64,000 bases of DNA from contig OZ024760.1 in NCBI GenBank assembly GCA_964016885.1, positions 15,376,001 to 15,440,000 of the forward strand. The letters are read 5' to 3'. The position numbers and the translations under genes were made by a program. The first letter of the stretch is position 1. Every line of letters starts with the position of its first letter. The notes beneath the pieces were generated by a model. It ran no database searches and was not told where the DNA came from. It saw only the letters and a program-made list of their open reading frames with translations. Shown here in pieces: positions 58,191 through 64,000 of the stretch. Source of the DNA: Eledone cirrhosa. Taxonomy: Eukaryota.

Positions 58191-58451
58191 TATTTTTTTT
58201 AAAGTCAAAATATTCTAGAAGGAAATTTAAAGTTATAATCTACAAAAAAGAGGAAGACATCTTGTAATAATGGTTACGTTTCTGGTAGAGTTCCGTTCTG
58301 AATGTATTTTGGGGGCCAAACCTGTATATTTCAGGTGAAGTATATATCTATGGAATCAACCATGTTGTCTTCCGGTCTAAAAATAGATATTTCCGATTTA
58401 CATCAAAAGGTCGCGTTGCCCCCATTAAAATTTTAAAAAGGCAATGACCTC

Positions 58452-58925
58452 TGCTACTGCTGCTACCACTACTACTACCACCACCACCACCACCACCACC
58501 ACTGTCACTACCAATACTACTACTACAACCACAACCACTACTACTACAACCACCACTACTACTACAACCACCACTACTACTACAACCACTACTACTACTA
58601 CAACCACTACTACTAATACTACTACTACACCAACCACCACAACTACCACTACTACTACCACCACAACTACCACTACTACTACCACCACAACCACCACCAC
58701 TACTGTCACTACCAATACTACTACTACAACAACCACAACCACTACTACTACAACCACCACTACTACTACAACCACCACTACTACTACAACCACTACTACT
58801 ACTACAACCACTACTACTAATACTACTACTACACCAACCACCACAACTACCACTACTACTACCACCACAACTACCACTACTACTACCACCACAACCACCA
58901 CCACCACCACTACTACAACTGCAAC
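58452..58925. repeat. (ACT/ACC/ACA)n array with a higher-order duplication
   Basis: Seen directly. Confidence 0.93.
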
Positions 58926-59635
58926 ATAAAGAGGAAATCTATTTCCTGTACCGCTCTAGAACCAATATGGCGGCGTTCAAATTAACGATTTTTGTTTCTT
59001 TTTTGCCTTTTTTTGCCCTTTTTCTTGGCATATTCTTATCAAACTGTTAATTGGTGGTGGTGGTAAAGGTGGTGGTCGTGGTCATGATGGTGGTGGTAAA
59101 GGTCGTGGTCATGATGGTGGTGGTAAAGGTCGTGGTCATGATGGTGGTGGTAAAGGTGGTGGTCGTGGTCAGGATGGTGGTGGTGGTGGTGGTATCAGAA
59201 TTAGTGAATGGGTTTCTTCCTGGCTTAGTGCTTGTGTTCTCCAAACAGACGTCTGTGTACACACACACACACCACACACACACCACACACACACCACACG
59301 CACACACACATACAGTGTGTGTGTGTGTGTGTGGTGTGTGTGAGGGGAAGGGGAGTGTGAGGGGGGAGGTATGTAAACAAGACGAAGAAAAATGCTAACT
59401 CAAGAGTACTAGTTTGATGGCTTGATGAAGTACTTAGAATGTGGGCCAAACTGGCGGGGGCGGTGATGGTGGCAGGCGTCGTCGTCATCGAGGTGGTGGT
59501 CGTGGTGGTGTCAACTGAGTGGACTGGAGTTACATGAAATAAGGTGTATTGTTCAAGGACACAATGCCTCGCTGGAATCGAACTCAGTCTTGCGATCATG
59601 AGTCGAACATCCTCACCACCAACACACACTTTCAC

Positions 59636-59706
<71 letters not shown>

Positions 59707-60564
59707 ATATATATATTTTTAAAAAAAGGAACATAATGACTTCACTTGAATTAATTTTATAATTGTTTCTACTTTTGGCACAAGACCAGCAATTACCCAG
59801 TGTATTGCTGGTACTTTATTTTATCGACCCCCATAAGGATGAAAGGCAAAGTTAACCTCAGCTGGATTTGAACTCAGAATGGCAAAGGCCGTAACTCTAT
59901 GCGTCAAAGCATGGCGTCCGACCCTCTACCGAAACTGCCAATCCACTATAATATTATGGAATATTATAATTTGGTAGATCAAGTAAGTTCTTTGTTAACT
60001 TCAGTGGGAAGATTTTTAAAGATTCGTCGGTTGCCACTGACGAATGCGAGAAAGTTCTCCAGGAAAGTTAACCAGGAATCTTTTAAAATCTTCCCATTGA
60101 AGTTAACAAAGAACTTACTAGATCTACCGAATCATAATATTATAAAATTCAATCAAATTGTTTAGAACTCCAAGTGAAGTCATTTTTTTTTCATTTTTTT
60201 AAATATACCCAAGGATTTCACACATTTTCCAAAGAGATGTCAACTTGAATGGACCTGTTATTTTTATCTAAAGACATTTTTTCCAATTCCAATTCGCCCG
60301 ACCCCTCAATCTATCTTATTTCTCATTCTTTCTTCTGATGAACGACTAGCGTCCGAAATATTAAGAACCTTTTCCTGCTATTTCAAGCGTTAACCTAATA
60401 TATCCCTTCCATATACTGTACCGATTGTGTTATTCCTGTTTACCTTTTACACACACGCACGCACGCACGCTCTCGCTCGCTCTCTCGCTCAAACTAAGAA
60501 TGAACTGATGTAAATTTAACCTTAAAACCCCTCCAGGGTCATGTACTGGTCATTTTGGTTTTCT

Positions 60565-60610
60565 ATGCCCTTGAGAAGCCCTTTTTGGGGCGAAACGTAC
60601 GTAGGTGCAT
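60565..60610 (+). ncRNA. U3-A8 minimal type I hammerhead
   Basis: AUGCCC-UUGAGAA-GCCC UUUUUG GGGC-GAAAC GUAC GUA-GGUGCAU; (TA)n begins 50 nt downstream. Confidence 0.68.
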
Positions 60611-60652
60611 TGTTATATAAACATGTTTTAACGGTATATTCTCCTTTGTATT

Positions 60653-60710
<58 letters not shown>

Positions 60711-60714
60711 TATA

Positions 60715-60750
60715 TACTAGCCGAATTACCCGCGCCTTGCTGCGTTCCAC
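60715..60750 (+). mobile_element. Possible Helentron/HINE-like terminus
   Basis: TACTAGCCGAATTACCCGCGCCTTGCTGCG resembles ACTAG...CCCG termini; no second end found. Confidence 0.25.
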
Positions 60751-61739
60751 ACATTTTTATTTTTGTAAAATAATGATGATTGATTTTAAATCAGGGATAT
60801 AATTTCTGGAGAAAAACTCTGCATTTCAATATTACTCAATGTAAAATGTAATGCATGAAAAATTGGAAAACATTATTTTTTGTAATATATTTTTTGTTAT
60901 ATATCAAATCAAAATTACATTATTAAATCTTATTCTTATTTTGTTTTTTGTAAATAATTTTTTTAAAAATATCAATTCAAAACTTTTGTGAATATGTATC
61001 ATATCTTGTCATTTACCTATGGTTTAAATTTCATATAAATCGAAGGGGAAAGATTTTCAGAGGGGTGTTGTGCCCCCGGGAACCCTTTGATTAAAATGAA
61101 ATATACTTATCAAAGTACCCTGGGTTGTAACTGTAATTCAAAGGGCCAGTCTTGTCATCCCACACAGTGTCTTGCTGAATCTCCCTAAGTTAGTGTGCCA
61201 GTGTATGTGAAATGCTTAGCTACCAACATGTTTAATTACACGAGTTGGCTTCTCAGTTCATCAAGTAACTAGAACTGTTGATCAAGTAACTAGAACTGTT
61301 GATCAAGTAACTAGAACTGTTGTCGTCGAAACCGACGAAGGTCCTAAGACAATGATATATGGGTGTCTCTGTGTGGTCGTGGTGGTGGGGTTATTGTGTA
61401 TGTGTGGCTTAACGGTTCGGCTTTTCAGCTCACGATCGTAAGGGTGTCAGTTCAATCATCAGTAACGCGTTGTCTTTGAGCAGGCCACTTTATTTGTCAA
61501 TGCTCTAGTCCACAAAACACGAGCTGCAACTGTATTTCAAAGGGCCAGTCTTGTCACACCTCATGGTGTCTCACTGAATCTCCCTGAGAAATAAGTTAGA
61601 TGTACAAAGTGTCTGTAGAATCCTCTGCTGCTAACATGTTTAATTTCACGTACAGACAGTTCTGTTGCTCAAACAACCGGAACGCTCATCGGAACGCTCA
61701 TTGTCGGAAACAACGGAGGTCCAACAACATAGAAGCGAA

Positions 61740-61808
<69 letters not shown>

Positions 61809-62545
61809 TAGAGAGAGCGGTGGATGGTTTTCAAGGTCTCTGCCAGATAACAAACATATGTTACTGTTTATTTCCTTGAAGTCTGCAACTTTCCGTTCCA
61901 ACACACTTTGCTGTTAGTTGTGTATATAGTATACGTACGTTCGTACGTACGTACGTACATACGATTATACTACATATATCATATGTGCATGTATAGGCAT
62001 ATATGTATGTGTGTGCGTATGTACGTGTGTATGTGTGCGCGCGTGTGTGTATATATATACACATACATATATATAAACATGTATGTGTGTGTCTCTGTGT
62101 GTGGAGATATATATACATATATACATACACATGTATGTATGTGTGTTTGTCTGAGTGTGTGTGTATATATATACGCACATACACACAAACATGAGCGCGG
62201 CAGAGTTCAGAATGTCGTTTTGCAATCATAAACACCCAGTTTCGCTCTCTTTGCATAGCCTCGTAGATAATGTCTTCTACTACAGCTCCGACTCAGCCAA
62301 AGCTCTTTTATTCCAATGAAAACAGAAGGCCCGTTTCCAAATATTCCTTTAATGTTTCAGAAATCACAATACGTATTTCTATGGTCTGCTTACTTCATCA
62401 GGTCATGATGGCGACGTCATCAGGTGTAAATAGCAAATATTAAGTAATCAATTACTGGATTATGGCAAACATAAACTGAGAATAAACTTGATTCGAAGAT
62501 GGCCTCTAACTGCTATGATGAACCGTCTCCGAATTACATATATAA

Positions 62546-62602
<57 letters not shown>

Positions 62603-63027
62603 GTTGTAAAGTCCAGGTAGTGTAGGTTCACCAGAGTAAGCACTCGATGTGTAGTTTCCAGTAGGTATATTGGTGTTGTACTAAGCAGAGTGTAATACTA
62701 ATAATAAAAAGAATGAAGTACTAGGTCCTCATTTCGTTTATTGAGGTGTGACGTGAGTTTCGCAATTGATCAGCTTAAGGTTTGATCAATCGCGAAATTT
62801 TTGTAATACTTTGGGAGGGTCATGTTGCCAATAAGAAACACACGCACCAGTTGCTTTCACTTCAATTTATTATAAATTAAATTTATAAATTTAAGAATTT
62901 ATAAATTTATAAATTTCCGGTTGGTTGGTTGGTTTGTTCCACAACCGGATGGTTGTTCATATATTGTTCATATATCGGTTTCAACACACGTTTTCAGATA
63001 AAGAATCTTGCTAAACAAATTCAGAAA

Positions 63028-63064
<37 letters not shown>

Positions 63065-63159
63065 AAACGAAAAATCAGTGATGCATCTGAATTCAATTTA
63101 TTGTGTGTTACAATTGTTTCCCCAGCGGACAGCTCGAGACGTGATCATTGTCTGATTCT

Positions 63160-63265
63160 GGACCCGCAGGTTCGACGGACACGTCTAATGATTTCGGAGC
63201 ATATTCTCTGTGAGAGAATATGCTCCGAAATCATTAGACGTGTCCGTCGAACCTGCGGATCCAGA
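63160..63265. repeat. About 105-bp near-perfect palindrome in a (TA)n-flanked element
   Basis: tctggacccgcagg...gagcatattctc / gagaatatgctc...cctgcggatccaga; minus-strand GAAACAAUUGUA...AAUAAA tail at about 63095-63120. Confidence 0.8.
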
Positions 63266-63312
63266 CAGATCCATTGGTAATGGACTAGTTATATTTTGTT
63301 GTTTACTTTCTA

Positions 63313-63382
<70 letters not shown>

Positions 63383-63954
63383 AGTCTGCATATATGCAGT
63401 ACAGGATAAACACAATAAATGCTAGTATATTAGTATGACATTTCAAAGTAGTAAATAAAAGCGTTTAAACATTTTGGACGTTAGTCTTTCATCGAAAAGT
63501 GAAGCAGAAGTAAGAGAGGTTTCTTTTTTCCTTTTCTTTTTTTAAGGGGAAGAGAAAAGTGAAAGAAACTAAAGAAAAAGCAAGTGTGGTGGAATGTCAG
63601 CTATATATACTATATTTGTATGTAATAATAATCTTTTGTTCAGTACCAAATTAGAATTACAGCACCACGAAACCCCACCTTCTCCCTGGTCACATTTTAT
63701 TTCTTCCTACATGTGTCTTACCGTTAATGAGTTGGACATTAGCACTATCTTTATATCATTAATGTGAAGAAAAGATCAAAAGGACGTGAGACACCGACCC
63801 ATTCAACATTTCATTGTTTGCTATAATGGAGACAGAGAGACGGAGAGAGAGAAACCATTTGTCAGGTCAATGACAACGACATCGTCTGCTGTATGTCTTA
63901 TTAATTACTCCATTATCTTGTGTATTCTGTATGTACGATCACATGCTCACACAA

Positions 63955-64000
<46 letters not shown>

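Overview
Eukaryotic, microsatellite-rich genomic DNA, most likely an octopod cephalopod (inferred from the tRNA-derived SINEs and RTE-type LINE tails, not verified). Almost all long ORFs in the supplied track are microsatellite artefacts. The one host gene is a 23-exon, minus-strand ADAMTS metalloprotease of the ADAMTS2/3/14 (procollagen N-proteinase) type, CDS 49035->4938, about 1038 aa: signal peptide, prodomain with RVRR furin site, HEAAHVFGVQHD zinc site, disintegrin-like, TSP1, Cys-rich, spacer, three more TSP1 and PLAC. All introns are GT-AG and the phases join, except for a 1-nt frameshift in exon 18. The non-coding DNA carries SINEs, RTE and R4/Dong LINE fragments, a Penelope-like RT fragment, and hAT and piggyBac MITEs. 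The most striking pattern is about a dozen unrelated short elements embedded in (TA)n tracts, often as long hairpins, that carry type I hammerhead ribozyme motifs. These include U3-A8 core variants, copies with 70-100 nt stem II inserts, and a palindrome with a hammerhead on each strand.
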